Positions 31,244 to 41,343 of a DNA stretch of 64,000 nt are shown here, piece after piece. Every line of letters begins with the position of its first letter. Position 1 is the stretch's first letter. The stretch is from Longibacter sp. (GTDB lineage: Bacteria > Bacteroidota > Rhodothermia > Rhodothermales > Salinibacteraceae), in assembly GCF_051155795.1 (NCBI RefSeq), contig NZ_DAXETW010000086.1, positions 43,759 to 107,758 of the forward strand, written 5' to 3'. The notes under the pieces were generated by a model. It was not told where the DNA came from. It was given only the letters and a program-made list of their open reading frames with translations, and did not search any database. Both the position numbers and the translations under genes were made by a program.

Positions 31244-32630
31244 AGTTCTTCACGACATCGGCCGCGCAACAGCACACGCCCTCTGGATCCCGGTGGGTAT
31301 TTGGACAGTGGGCGCAATGCTCATCGACGGCCTTCTTCGCGGTATCCGCCCGTCTCCCCTTGTTCGGTATCGCGTTCGACAGGCGCTCCTGTTCGCGCTC
31401 CCGATCAGCCTCATCGCGGGCCTCGTCCTGCATCTGCCCGTTTCAAGCGCTCCGGTGCACGATGTTGCGTCTCGACTCGGGACCAGCGTCTTGTCGTTGC
31501 CGACCGTGGATGTCGCCGGTGGAACAGGCTCGGCCATCGACTGGACGCATGCGCTCGGCCTTCTCACAATCATAGCCCTGCTATGCGGGATCGCCGGCGT
31601 CGTTCGGCTGGCCGTCCACACACGAAAGCTATGCGGGCTCCGCCGCCAAACACACCAGGATGCAAGTGATCACGTGCACCGGATCGAGCGGAACCTCCGG
31701 TCGAATCTCGGGCTCACGCGCCCGGCACTCCTGCGGATCTCGAGCACCGACGTTCCCATGCTCGTCCCCGGCCGTCCGCCGCACATTGTTCTCCCCACGT
31801 GGATGGCCCAGAACGCGGATGAACAGATTAGCCAGGACCGGCTTCGGATGGCCCTCGCCCATGAGCTGGTTCATCTTCAGCGGTACGACGACGTGAGTGC
31901 CATCGTCGAACGATGGGTCGTCGCCGTCGGGGCACTACACCCACTTATCCGTCGTCTCGCACGATCAATCGTTTTCGACCGCGAGACGGCCTGCGATGCC
32001 CGGGTACTGAGCACGCTCTCCTGCAGACGCGGTACGTATGCGCGCCTGCTTCGCGACGTCGCCACGCGATCCCGACCGATCCACTCCGTTGCCCTCAGCC
32101 AATCAGCATCTACTCTCCAGGAACGCCTGCAAGCCATGACGTTCAGCCGCCCCTCCCCGTCTTCTGCTATCATTCGAACCCTCAGCATCGGTGTGCTGTC
32201 GCTGCTGACCATAGGCATCGTTGCCTGTACGGATGCGCCTTCAGGGTCTCCGTCAACCGATGCCGAAAACCCTGTCACGACCTCCTCCTCCAGCGACAAG
32301 CCGGCGTCACCGCCCTCGGCCGTCGATGCGTATCCGAAAATCGTCGGTGGGTTACAGGCCGTCCAGGAAGCGATGCAGTATCCGGAGTCTGCGTACGAAG
32401 CCGGTGTCGAAGGCCGCGTGCTGGTGCAGTTCGTCGTGGATGCGAACGGAAACGTTCAGGAAGCGACCATTGCGCAGGGCGTCCACGACCTGCTGGACGA
32501 CGAAGCGCTCCGTGTCGTGCGGGCGACCGATTTCACGCCTGGTCGACAGAACGGAAAGGCCGTGCCTGTGGAGATGACCCTTCCGATCACCTTTCAGCAT
32601 GCAGAGTCGACACAAGGGACAACCGGATAG
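31227..32630 (+). CDS. M56 (BlaR1-like) metallopeptidase fused to a TonB C-terminal domain
   Basis: N-terminal TMs, AHELVH (HExxH), RETACD, LQERL; C-terminal YPESAYEAGVEGRVLVQFVVDANG...LPITF. Confidence 0.88.
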   Translation: MMTMLEVLHDIGRATAHALWIPVGIWTVGAMLIDGLLRGIRPSPLVRYRVRQALLFALPISLIAGLVLHLPVSSAPVHDVASRLGTSVLSLPTVDVAGGTGSAIDWTHALGLLTIIALLCGIAGVVRLAVHTRKLCGLRRQTHQDASDHVHRIERNLRSNLGLTRPALLRISSTDVPMLVPGRPPHIVLPTWMAQNADEQISQDRLRMALAHELVHLQRYDDVSAIVERWVVAVGALHPLIRRLARSIVFDRETACDARVLSTLSCRRGTYARLLRDVATRSRPIHSVALSQSASTLQERLQAMTFSRPSPSSAIIRTLSIGVLSLLTIGIVACTDAPSGSPSTDAENPVTTSSSSDKPASPPSAVDAYPKIVGGLQAVQEAMQYPESAYEAGVEGRVLVQFVVDANGNVQEATIAQGVHDLLDDEALRVVRATDFTPGRQNGKAVPVEMTLPITFQHAESTQGTTG

Positions 32631-32783
32631 CCGGTCTCTCGGCGCTCACCGCCACCGGATGATCACCGTCGCATCCGTTAGGTTGTCACACAACGGAGAA
32701 CGCCCGGTCGGTTTGTCCGCCGGGCGTTTGTCGTGCCGATACATTCTCGTGCCGATACGACGTAACCTGCTTGTTTGCGCCGG

Positions 32784-33290
32784 TTACCAGGCCACCTTTC
32801 GTGCGGGGTGATCCGGGTCCGGCTCGTCGACGCCGCGCTGAGCAGGATCACCGACCCGGCTCAGGCTGCGATTCCAGTAGAACACACCGCCGGCGAACAG
32901 GAGGGCGGCAACGAACGCGATCGCGGCGTTCATCGCTGCGATGCGCCACTGCGTACTGACGATCGATGTGATCACGACGTCCTGACTCGCCCCGGGGTTG
33001 ACGCGCACCTCGACGGTCTCCTTGTCGCTAACAAGCGGAATCAACGAGTGAGGAAGGGCCAGCTTGTCCTTTGTGATGACGCTACCATCCTCCAAGGGCA
33101 CACGAAGTGAGACCCAGTCGAAGGTGACATCGACTCGATTCTCCTCGTGCACCTCAAGGATTTCGGCTGTAGCGGGCTTTCCCTGGTCGAGAGTCGCCTG
33201 CAGGTCAACGGTGGTTTTCCCCTGATGCAGAGCGACCACGAGAAAGAACAGGGGGACGATCCAGGCACCGCGTGCGACGAGTCGAGTCAC
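32784..33290 (-). CDS. Hypothetical two-TM membrane protein (DUF3592-like architecture)
   Basis: TM - small beta domain - TM layout. Confidence 0.65.
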   Translation of the reverse strand: MTRLVARGAWIVPLFFLVVALHQGKTTVDLQATLDQGKPATAEILEVHEENRVDVTFDWVSLRVPLEDGSVITKDKLALPHSLIPLVSDKETVEVRVNPGASQDVVITSIVSTQWRIAAMNAAIAFVAALLFAGGVFYWNRSLSRVGDPAQRGVDEPDPDHPARKVAW

Positions 33291-33395
33291 GGGACGGAGA
33301 CGTTATTGTCAGACAAGAACACTACGCGTAACGTTCTGTCCCCGGCCAGGATCTGTTGCATCCGATGATTTGACGTGAAGCCGTCGCAAACGACG

Positions 33396-33989
33396 TCACT
33401 TCTCTGATGCTTCGGCGTGCTCGAGCGTGCCGATTGTTAGAGAGCGGATGATATAGATGCCATCCGGCACGAACACGGCGGTGTGGGTGAGGTACGGTTC
33501 GTGATCTGCAAACGACACCGTCACCGATGCCTGTTCTTGCGTGTATTCTACGGACGTTTCCGACCGCCGAATCCGGAAGTGCATGTTCTGTCCCGGTTTC
33601 ATCCCGTCAACCTCGTCGGTCATCGGGTCGTCGCCCCATACCGTGAGTGCAACGGAGTCCCCGGTCCAGGTCATGTGTCCCGCGCATTGGCCGGACGGGG
33701 TAAAGACGGCGAGTTCGTCGCCGGGCTGCACCGGCATTCCAACGGCGGCCACGTCGGCGGTGTGGGGAAAGATGAGCGTTGCATCCGAGCCGGTACGGGA
33801 CGGGCAGATGTCTGACCATGGCGCGAACGGCTCGACCTGCACGGAGTCCACCACAAGACGACCGTCTGCCTGCGCGGTGGCCGGCGAGAGCGCCGGCGCG
33901 CCGGTGCAGACCAGAATGGAAAGAATCAAAAAGCTCCGGATGATGCCTCGAAAGACACGCAGGCCCGGAGGGAGAGAGAGAGTGCTCAT
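33396..33989 (-). CDS. Hypothetical secreted protein
   Basis: Signal peptide (..ATAQA|D); GDELAVF..CAG..W..VWGDD..TDEVDG module. Confidence 0.65.
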   Translation of the reverse strand: MSTLSLPPGLRVFRGIIRSFLILSILVCTGAPALSPATAQADGRLVVDSVQVEPFAPWSDICPSRTGSDATLIFPHTADVAAVGMPVQPGDELAVFTPSGQCAGHMTWTGDSVALTVWGDDPMTDEVDGMKPGQNMHFRIRRSETSVEYTQEQASVTVSFADHEPYLTHTAVFVPDGIYIIRSLTIGTLEHAEASEK

Positions 33990-34481
33990 CGCATGAAAGC
34001 CTGGGGTAAAGCGCCTGAGATCAAGGGGGGCACAGCACGCAGGCCGCACCAATCGTAAGGTACGGCCACATCTTCGCTACCAAGTGCTCGTTTCCACCGA
34101 CTCCGCTCGATCTATGGATGACGACGCGGTCACCTATGGATCATGGGACAACCGGGTCGGCGGCGAGCGTGCCCGCGGAGCTGCAACGCAGCCGAGCTCG
34201 TTATTGGACCGTAAAGAGCCGCGTCGCGGAGCGATGCCGGGGAGATTCAGGAAACAAAAGATGAAAGTTTAGATATGGGAGATAGCTGACAGAGAAGCGC
34301 CCACGCGGCGGTTCTCTCGTTTGTCCCCACGTCGACTGATCACAGTCCCCGGTTTTCCGGGAGAGGACATCCCCTTCAGAACCATTTGCCTATGCAACGC
34401 TACGCGACCGCGACGCGACCTCAAGCCGGTTCTACTTCGTTCGAAACGTCGTCTTACGAGGCAGGCAGAGGGCCATCGACC

Positions 34482-34982
34482 ATGAGCGGTCACGTACTTG
34501 TTCTAAATCAGGACTATAGCGCACTTACGGTCTGTAGCGTGCAGCGGGCCATCATCCTGATGCATCTCCAGAAGGTGCATCTGGTCGAGTCGGTGCCGGA
34601 TGAGTACATCCGGTCGCCCAGTCTGCGTTTTCCCTGGCCCAGTATTGTCCGCCTGAAGCAGTACGCGAGCGTGCCCTACAAGCGCGTGATGCTGTCCCGG
34701 AAAAATATCATCAAACGGGACCAGAACACGTGCCAGTACTGTGGGTCCCGCGACGATTTGACGATCGATCACGTTCTGCCCAAGTCTCGCGGAGGTCGTG
34801 ATACCTGGGAGAACCTGGTCACGGCCTGCGTCTCCTGCAATAACGCAAAGGGCGACCGCACGCCGGACGAAGTGGGCATGGAGCTTGACCGAGAGCCGTT
34901 CCGGCCCAGCTATGTCATGTTCATCCGGGATTTCGTCGGGAGCGTCGACGACACATGGAAGCCGTACCTCTTTCTCTCCTAG
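34482..34982 (+). CDS. HNH endonuclease
   Basis: VLVLNQDY, RDQNTCQYCG, TIDHVLPKSRGG, WENLVTACVSCNNAKG. Confidence 0.92.
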   Translation: MSGHVLVLNQDYSALTVCSVQRAIILMHLQKVHLVESVPDEYIRSPSLRFPWPSIVRLKQYASVPYKRVMLSRKNIIKRDQNTCQYCGSRDDLTIDHVLPKSRGGRDTWENLVTACVSCNNAKGDRTPDEVGMELDREPFRPSYVMFIRDFVGSVDDTWKPYLFLS

Positions 34983-35094
34983 GGGATCGGCCGTGACGCC
35001 TTTCTATTCCCGGCCGACAGGGCCCGCTGACGTTTGATCCATATGTGGCAGCGCCGCCTCTTTCCGTAGTCAGCGTGTCTGCGCATACCGGATA

Positions 35095-35126
35095 CCGCAC
35101 CCTGATCCTGCCGCACCCTGATCCTG
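35095..35126. repeat. Perfect 16-bp tandem duplication CCGCACCCTGATCCTG x2
   Basis: Seen directly in the HNH-adh intergenic region. Confidence 0.85.
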
Positions 35127-35273
35127 CAGCTTTCCTCAGGCCGCACATTCTTCTGCAACGGGGTGATGAGAGGAAAACGAAACAAAGTCCCCCCTGGCGG
35201 ACCGCAATGGTACCGGTGTGGTTGAGGGTTCTGGCGAAGCACGATCTCTCACCACCAGACAACAGATCCGTTT

Positions 35274-36293
35274 ATGGCTACCATGAAAGCTGTGCAGGTC
35301 CAGGAAGCAGGTGGAGACTTCAATGTCGTCGATCTCGACATCCCGGAACCGGGCCCCGGAGAAGTTCGCATTGCGGTAAGAGCCTGTGGCATCTGCCACA
35401 GCGATGCCTTCGTGAAGGAAGGTGCATTCCCCGGCATCGAGTACCCGCGCGTCCCCGGCCACGAGGTGACCGGGATCGTCGATGCCGTCGGCGATCGCGT
35501 CGAAATGTGGGGCGAAGGCGACCGCGTCGGTGTCGGCTGGCACGGTGGGCATGACTTCACCTGTCCCGCGTGTCGCGACGGCGACTTTGTGAATTGTGAG
35601 AACGGCAAAGTGACCGGTATTTCCTTTGACGGCGGGTACGCGGAATATATGTGCGCCCCGGCAGAGGCGGTCGCCCGTATGCCGGATGATCTCGACTTCG
35701 ACGAGGCAGCCCCACTCCTCTGCGCCGGCATCACCACATTTAACGCGCTCCGCAACAGCGGCCTGACGCCCGGCGACCGCGTGGCTGTTCAGGGCGTCGG
35801 CGGACTCGGACACCTCGGCATTCAGTACGCCGCATCGTTCGGCTGCGAGGTAATCGCCCTGTCTCGTGGCACCGACAAAGAGGATCTGGCCTACGAGCTG
35901 GGAGCGGATCACTTTATCGATGCGACGGATGGGGACCCATCCGAGAAGTTGCAAGCGCTCGGTGGCGCAAACGTCATCCTGGCCACGGCGCCAAGCTCCG
36001 CTGCGATCACAGCGGTTGCAAACGGACTCGCCCGCGACGGCAAACTCATGATCGTGGCCGCTACCGCCGAACCGATCGAGATCTCGCCGATGCAGCTTAT
36101 TATGGGAAGGAAATCCGTTCAGGGATGGCCTTCCGGATCGGCGGATGATTCAGAGGATACGCTGGACTTTAGCGCTCTGAACGATGTGGCCCCGTTGATC
36201 GAGACGTTCCCGCTGACGGACGCAGACGCAGCCTACGAGCGCATGATGAATAACGACGCTCGATTCCGGGTTGTGCTGGTTCCCGGCAGCTGA
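35274..36293 (+). CDS. Zinc-dependent alcohol dehydrogenase (AdhP-like)
   Basis: CGICHSD, GHEVTG, GVGGLG, LLCAGIT. Confidence 0.93.
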   Translation: MATMKAVQVQEAGGDFNVVDLDIPEPGPGEVRIAVRACGICHSDAFVKEGAFPGIEYPRVPGHEVTGIVDAVGDRVEMWGEGDRVGVGWHGGHDFTCPACRDGDFVNCENGKVTGISFDGGYAEYMCAPAEAVARMPDDLDFDEAAPLLCAGITTFNALRNSGLTPGDRVAVQGVGGLGHLGIQYAASFGCEVIALSRGTDKEDLAYELGADHFIDATDGDPSEKLQALGGANVILATAPSSAAITAVANGLARDGKLMIVAATAEPIEISPMQLIMGRKSVQGWPSGSADDSEDTLDFSALNDVAPLIETFPLTDADAAYERMMNNDARFRVVLVPGS

Positions 36294-36529
36294 AGCGTCA
36301 TCTTGAGGACACGATCGTGAAACCGCTCATCCGACCATGTTGCGGGCTCCAGGGCCTGCAGCATGTGATCCGGCTGAGCGGTTTCTGTATGGAACCACCG
36401 CGGTTTGAGTGCACCGGATATCTCTGGCATTGCGCGCACCGTTCCCCCGGCGCGCGATTGGCACTTTGAGCTACGTGCCCTATCATGGCTTTGCCCTCGC
36501 AGATCTCCTCATCGATCCCATGAGTCCCC

Positions 36530-37600
36530 GTGCCCGATCCATCCGAGCAGATTATCGACGTCCGCGAGGACGAGTCGTTCGACGTGACCGCCGTGGCAGA
36601 TTTTCTGGAGCCGCGGCTCCCAGGCGCGTCCGGCACACCGGAGGTACGACAATTCGGGGGCGGAAAAGCCAACCTGACCTACCTTCTCGATTACGGCAAG
36701 GCGGAGTACGTTCTCCGACGGCCGCCGCTCGGACCGGTCGCCGACAAGGCACACGACATGGAACGCGAGTACACGGTCCTGTCCCGCCTTCATCAGGCGT
36801 TTTCACTTGCTCCCGAAGCGTTTGTTTATTGCGGGGACGCATCGCTCATCGGCGCAGACTTCTTCGTGATGGAACGCCGGCACGGCGTCGTGGTGCGGGA
36901 AACCATGCCTGACGCCTTCCGGGACATCTCGGACGCACCGCAGCAGATGGCAGAGGCCCTCATCGACGCCCTGGCTGACCTGCATGCCGTCGACTACGAG
37001 GCGGTCGGCCTTGGCGAGCTCGGACGCCCGGAGGGATTCATCGAGCGTCAGATCGAGGGCTGGTACCGGCGCTGGGAAGCAGCAAAAACCGAGGACGTCG
37101 CCGCGATGACGGACGTTTACGAGTGGCTATTGGGTCACCGCCCAGAAGAAGGTGCGACGTCGCTCGTTCACAACGACTACAAGCTCGACAACCTCATGCT
37201 CAATACCGGCGACCCAGGAACGCCGGTTGCCGTCTTCGACTGGGACATGTGCACTCTCGGCGACCCGTTGAGCGACCTCGGTTCCCTCCTCACCTACTGG
37301 GTGCAGCCGTCCGATCCTGCACCGTTTCAACAGTTTGCGACCATGCCGGTCGACAACCGCTTTCCCTCACGACAGTCAATCGTTTCCCGGTACGCAGATC
37401 GCAGCGGGCGGGACGTCGGCGACATCCGATTCTACCACGCACTTGGGCTGTTTCGGCTCGCGGTGATCGTCGCGCAGATCTATATCCGGTATGAGCGCGG
37501 ACAGACTCAGGACGAACGCTTTGCCGCGCTCGGTCCGATGATCGAAATCACGGCACATGCCGCTCGCGACGTGGCACACGGGGAATGGGACACGGCGTAG
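36530..37600 (+). CDS. APH/choline-kinase-like phosphotransferase (ACAD10/11 N-terminal type)
   Basis: QFGGGKANLTY, LRRPP, AHDMERE, HNDYKLDN, FDWDM. Confidence 0.88.
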   Translation: MPDPSEQIIDVREDESFDVTAVADFLEPRLPGASGTPEVRQFGGGKANLTYLLDYGKAEYVLRRPPLGPVADKAHDMEREYTVLSRLHQAFSLAPEAFVYCGDASLIGADFFVMERRHGVVVRETMPDAFRDISDAPQQMAEALIDALADLHAVDYEAVGLGELGRPEGFIERQIEGWYRRWEAAKTEDVAAMTDVYEWLLGHRPEEGATSLVHNDYKLDNLMLNTGDPGTPVAVFDWDMCTLGDPLSDLGSLLTYWVQPSDPAPFQQFATMPVDNRFPSRQSIVSRYADRSGRDVGDIRFYHALGLFRLAVIVAQIYIRYERGQTQDERFAALGPMIEITAHAARDVAHGEWDTA

Positions 37601-37641
37601 AAAAGCATCTCTCCGGTGCCGGAGATACTCAAAGAGATCGT

Positions 37642-38334
37642 TTAAAACCCCTTCCGTGCTCCCGGTCGGCCCGGCGACCCGGACGGTCTGTCCAGCGACC
37701 GGTCGGAGCCGATCGCGTCGGGTTCGCTGCCGGGCAGTACCGCGATCCGCACGCGGCGGTTCTCCCGTCGACCGTCGGCGGTTTCGTTCGTGGCGATGGG
37801 CTGATACGGACCGAACCCGACGACCTCGAATCGTTCCGGCGAGATGTCGTGGGTCCACTGAAGGTGGCGGACGACAGCGGCGGCCCGACCGGTCGATAAC
37901 TCCCAGTTGCTCGGAAACTTCGATTTCAGTTTATCGCCGATGGGCTGATCGTCGGTGTAGCCTTCCACCCGCACAATCCGATCCGGGTACTCGCGGTTGA
38001 GCGTGCCGGCCACGCTTTTCAGCTTTTCGACGCCTTCAGACGTCAATTGAGCACTTCCACTCTCGAAGTAAAGGTCCGTCGAAAGGACTTCGATCGTTTC
38101 GCCGCGGCGCATCACACCGGAATTCGCCCGTCGCCGGGCGTCGATCAGGTCCTGGCGCAGGGCCTCGTTTTCATCTTCGAGGCGCTCCACTTCTGCCGAC
38201 ACGTCGGATCGAGTGTCGTAGTCACGGGTCGCCGGCGTTCCGGAACACCCGGCTGAAACGACCAGGAGAGCGGCGAGAAGAAGGACAACATACGGCTTGT
38301 GCGGTGCAAACGGACGTCTGAGTACGGAAGTCAC
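37642..38334 (-). CDS. OmpA/MotB-family peptidoglycan-binding lipoprotein
   Basis: Lipobox VSAG|C, coiled coil, FESGSA, VEGYTD, SNWELSTGRA, ENRRV. Probable GTG start at 38334. Confidence 0.85.
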   Translation of the reverse strand: MTSVLRRPFAPHKPYVVLLLAALLVVSAGCSGTPATRDYDTRSDVSAEVERLEDENEALRQDLIDARRRANSGVMRRGETIEVLSTDLYFESGSAQLTSEGVEKLKSVAGTLNREYPDRIVRVEGYTDDQPIGDKLKSKFPSNWELSTGRAAAVVRHLQWTHDISPERFEVVGFGPYQPIATNETADGRRENRRVRIAVLPGSEPDAIGSDRSLDRPSGSPGRPGARKGF

Positions 38335-38579
38335 GTGACGAAGCAGGCGATGAAACGGGTGGTGGGGGCACGCCGACCCGGAGCAAACCGGTGGCGACGG
38401 CACTACAATATGGACCGACGTCAGGTGCGGATCAAGCCCTGCACCAGATTGAAACGGTCTCCACACGGCTTCCGCAGCGGTCGAGCTTCTGAGCAACCTG
38501 TACCCGCCCTGCATCGTAAGCACTCTACCTCTTTCACGAGGCCCGGTGCACCGGTCCTACCGTTATCTCCCGCTGACGC

Positions 38580-38894
38580 ATGCCCCCTCCCATCAGTGCC
38601 GGCGACCTGTTTCAAGATCACATCGGCCCGCTGATGCTCTCCACCGGCTTCATCGGCCTGTTTATCATCAGCGTGCCGATCATCAAGATCTTTGCCGTCT
38701 CGGCAGAGAGCGAGGCGATTCTCTTCGCGCTACTGTTTCTCTTCTGCCATGTCGCCAACTGGCCCATGCTCCAGTTACGCTGGACGCTCTGGTGGCGTGG
38801 CCGGCTGACGCCCTACGCCGCCTGGTGCCTGACGGCCCTCCTCCTCGGCTCGTTCGGTATCCCGCTCATTCTGCTCGCGGATCTTCTCCATTAG
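38580..38894 (+). CDS. Hypothetical small membrane protein
   Basis: Three hydrophobic segments in 104 aa. Confidence 0.5.
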   Translation: MPPPISAGDLFQDHIGPLMLSTGFIGLFIISVPIIKIFAVSAESEAILFALLFLFCHVANWPMLQLRWTLWWRGRLTPYAAWCLTALLLGSFGIPLILLADLLH

Positions 38895-39003
38895 CGGTTG
38901 TCGACCCGCAGGGTGAGCTGGCAGAGTGCACCGTGGGTCCGTCCGCCGCCAGCGACTGTCGTCGTCGTAGTTGTCCTCATACCGTTTTTTCGTTACGCTC
39001 GTC

Positions 39004-39678
39004 TCATCGGTCCCGGCGACGCTCCCACCGGTCTTCCTCCCAGTCGTCGCGATCGTCATCGTAGCGCCGATCCCGGTATCGGTCCCGATGCAGTCGCTCC
39101 GGCTCATAGACCCACACATCATCGATCCGCCGATCGCCATCCCGATCGATCAGTTCCGCCAGGGGAAATCCGTCCTGACTCACCTGCATTACCCATCCAC
39201 GCGCACCGAACGGGACCCAGCGCGCAACCGGGTCGCCGTGATAGCCGGACCGGTCCCCCCATCCACGTATGTTCCTGTAGAGCTCGCGCCCGAGCAGGTC
39301 GATCATGATCCCGGCGCGAAACTCGACGCGTGACCGCACAACCTGACGCGGCCGCCGATTTACTACGACGATCTGACTCGGCCGGTACGGGCGCCAGGCG
39401 TGCCGTGCCTCCGGGCGAACGAAGCCTTTCTCAACACACCAGCGCCAGCCGTGGACGGGGTGGCCCTGGCGGTTGCGGCAAAACGGTGGTGCATCTTTGC
39501 GGACGGCGCGGCGCGGGGCGTACCCCTCCTGTGCATATGGACGAGGGGCCCACCATTCTGCCGCACCGGGGCGACCGGACGTGCCCCCCCGACCCTGCGC
39601 GACACTGATCAGTGGATCGGCGCACCAGATCAGGCCAACGGCAACAACAAGCCAGGCGAAACGCGTGGATGCCAGCAT
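39004..39678 (-). CDS. Hypothetical secreted protein
   Basis: Signal peptide; PPFCRNRQGHPVHGWRWCVEKG motif; R/D-rich tail. Confidence 0.65.
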   Translation of the reverse strand: MLASTRFAWLVVAVGLIWCADPLISVAQGRGGTSGRPGAAEWWAPRPYAQEGYAPRRAVRKDAPPFCRNRQGHPVHGWRWCVEKGFVRPEARHAWRPYRPSQIVVVNRRPRQVVRSRVEFRAGIMIDLLGRELYRNIRGWGDRSGYHGDPVARWVPFGARGWVMQVSQDGFPLAELIDRDGDRRIDDVWVYEPERLHRDRYRDRRYDDDRDDWEEDRWERRRDR

Positions 39679-39848
39679 GACCCTGTAGCTTCTTCGAGGC
39701 GGAGGCGACGTTTCGTGCGTGCCACGCTGGAGACACTCCAAGCGGGACGAATGAACGCCTGTTTGTTCTACAGGAAAAAGCCGCCTATCCCACAGAGAAG
39801 GTAACAGACGCACGCCGGCGGCCGGGCCGGCCAGAGAGACGACATAGC

Positions 39849-39884
39849 GAAAGGGGCGCCGGGATGACTCCCAACGCCCCTCTC
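39849..39884 (-). terminator. Terminator hairpin downstream of aceA
   Basis: AGGGGCG..GGGA..TCCC..CGCCCCT inverted repeat. Confidence 0.6.
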
Positions 39885-39936
39885 CTGTTGTCTGAACGCG
39901 GCATCCAACGGTTGCTGGACGCTTCGTTCGAATCGG

Positions 39937-41241
39937 TCACGCGAATTGAGCGGACTCCGTCGATCCTTCCATGGCCCCCGTCGACGCGGTACCGTCCGTA
40001 ATCACGTTCTTCACCTCGTCGAAGTACCCGGTGCCGACTTCGCGCTGGTGCTTCGTCGCGGTGTAACCGCGCTCTTCGGCGTCGAACTCGGCCTGCTGCA
40101 ATTCGGAGTAGGCCGCCATCCCGCGATCGCGGTAACCCTCTGCGAGATTGAACATGCTGAAGTTCAGCGCATGGAATCCGGCGAGCGTGACGAACTGGAA
40201 CTTGTACCCCATCGCCCCGATCTCCCGCTGGAAAGCCGCGATCTCATCATCGTTCAGATGCGCGCGCCAGTTGAAGGACGGTGAGCAGTTGTACGCGAGC
40301 ATCTTGTCCGGATACTCCTTGTGGATTGCCTCCGCGAACTCCCGCGCTTCCTGAAGGTCGGGCGTCGACGTCTCGAACCACAGCAGGTCCGCGTACGGGG
40401 CGTAGCTGAGGCTCCGGTTGATGGCGAGTTCGAGACCCGCGTTTACGCGATAGAAGCCCTCGCTCGTGCGCTCTTCGTCCTTGATAAACGGCCGGTCGCG
40501 GGCGTCTACGTCGCTCGTCAGAAGCTGGGCGCTGTCCGCATCGGTTCTCGCAATCACGAGGGTCGGCACCCCCATCACGTCCGCCGCCAGTCGTGCGGCA
40601 ATCAGAACCTGCTCGAATTGCTGCGTCGGCACAAGCACCTTTCCACCCAGGTGGCCGCACTTCTTCTCCGCCGCAAGCTGATCTTCGAAGTGAACCCCTG
40701 CCGCCCCCGCTTCGATCATCGACTTCATCAATTCGAACGCATGGAGGACGCCGCCGTGTCCTGCTTCTGCGTCTGCAACGATCGGCGCCATCCAGTAGAC
40801 CGAGTCGTCTCCCTCCGCGTGGTGGAGTTCGTCGGCGCGCTTGAGCGTGTTGTTGATGCGGCGAATGACGTCCGGAACGCTGTTCGATGCATACAGGCTC
40901 TGGTCCGGATACATTTGCCGGCTCAGGTTGGCGTCCGCCGCAACCTGCCAGCCGCTCAGGTAGATGGCCTTCAGCCCGGCCTTCACCTGCTGCATGGCCT
41001 GGTTGCCCGTCAGCGCGCCCAACGCGTTGACGTAGTCCTCGTCGTGCAGCAGGTGCCACAGCCGTGCGGCTCCCATTTCTGCGAGCGTATGTTCGACCTG
41101 GAAAGACCCGCGCAGGCGGACCACATCGGCGGCTGAATACGGACGCTCGATCCCCTGCCACCGCGGGTCGTCTGCCCACATGGCTTCAAGGTCGGCGATT
41201 TGTTCTTCCGTGGTTGGAGTGCCGTTCGGTTTTACGTCCAT
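39937..41241 (-). CDS. aceA: Isocitrate lyase
   Basis: [36 protein letters not shown]. Confidence 0.98.
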   Translation of the reverse strand: MDVKPNGTPTTEEQIADLEAMWADDPRWQGIERPYSAADVVRLRGSFQVEHTLAEMGAARLWHLLHDEDYVNALGALTGNQAMQQVKAGLKAIYLSGWQVAADANLSRQMYPDQSLYASNSVPDVIRRINNTLKRADELHHAEGDDSVYWMAPIVADAEAGHGGVLHAFELMKSMIEAGAAGVHFEDQLAAEKKCGHLGGKVLVPTQQFEQVLIAARLAADVMGVPTLVIARTDADSAQLLTSDVDARDRPFIKDEERTSEGFYRVNAGLELAINRSLSYAPYADLLWFETSTPDLQEAREFAEAIHKEYPDKMLAYNCSPSFNWRAHLNDDEIAAFQREIGAMGYKFQFVTLAGFHALNFSMFNLAEGYRDRGMAAYSELQQAEFDAEERGYTATKHQREVGTGYFDEVKNVITDGTASTGAMEGSTESAQFA

Positions 41242-41343
41242 CGTATGCCCTGTCGTTATGGTTGGGACCGAGCTGCTCGGGTAGGTCCCACGATCGCCTC
41301 GGTCCGGACGCTGTGGGACGCTGGGGTGGCTGCCAGTCGATGA

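Noticed and set aside
34290-34390. Potentially structured RNA upstream of the HNH gene
   Set aside because: Some pairing is possible (GGTTCT/AGAACC, TGTCC/GGACA) but it is within chance for GC-rich DNA and matches no family I recognise.
34482-34982. HNH gene as a mobile or defence element
   Set aside because: Common stand-alone chromosomal HNH type; no methylase, intron, terminal repeats or defence neighbours.
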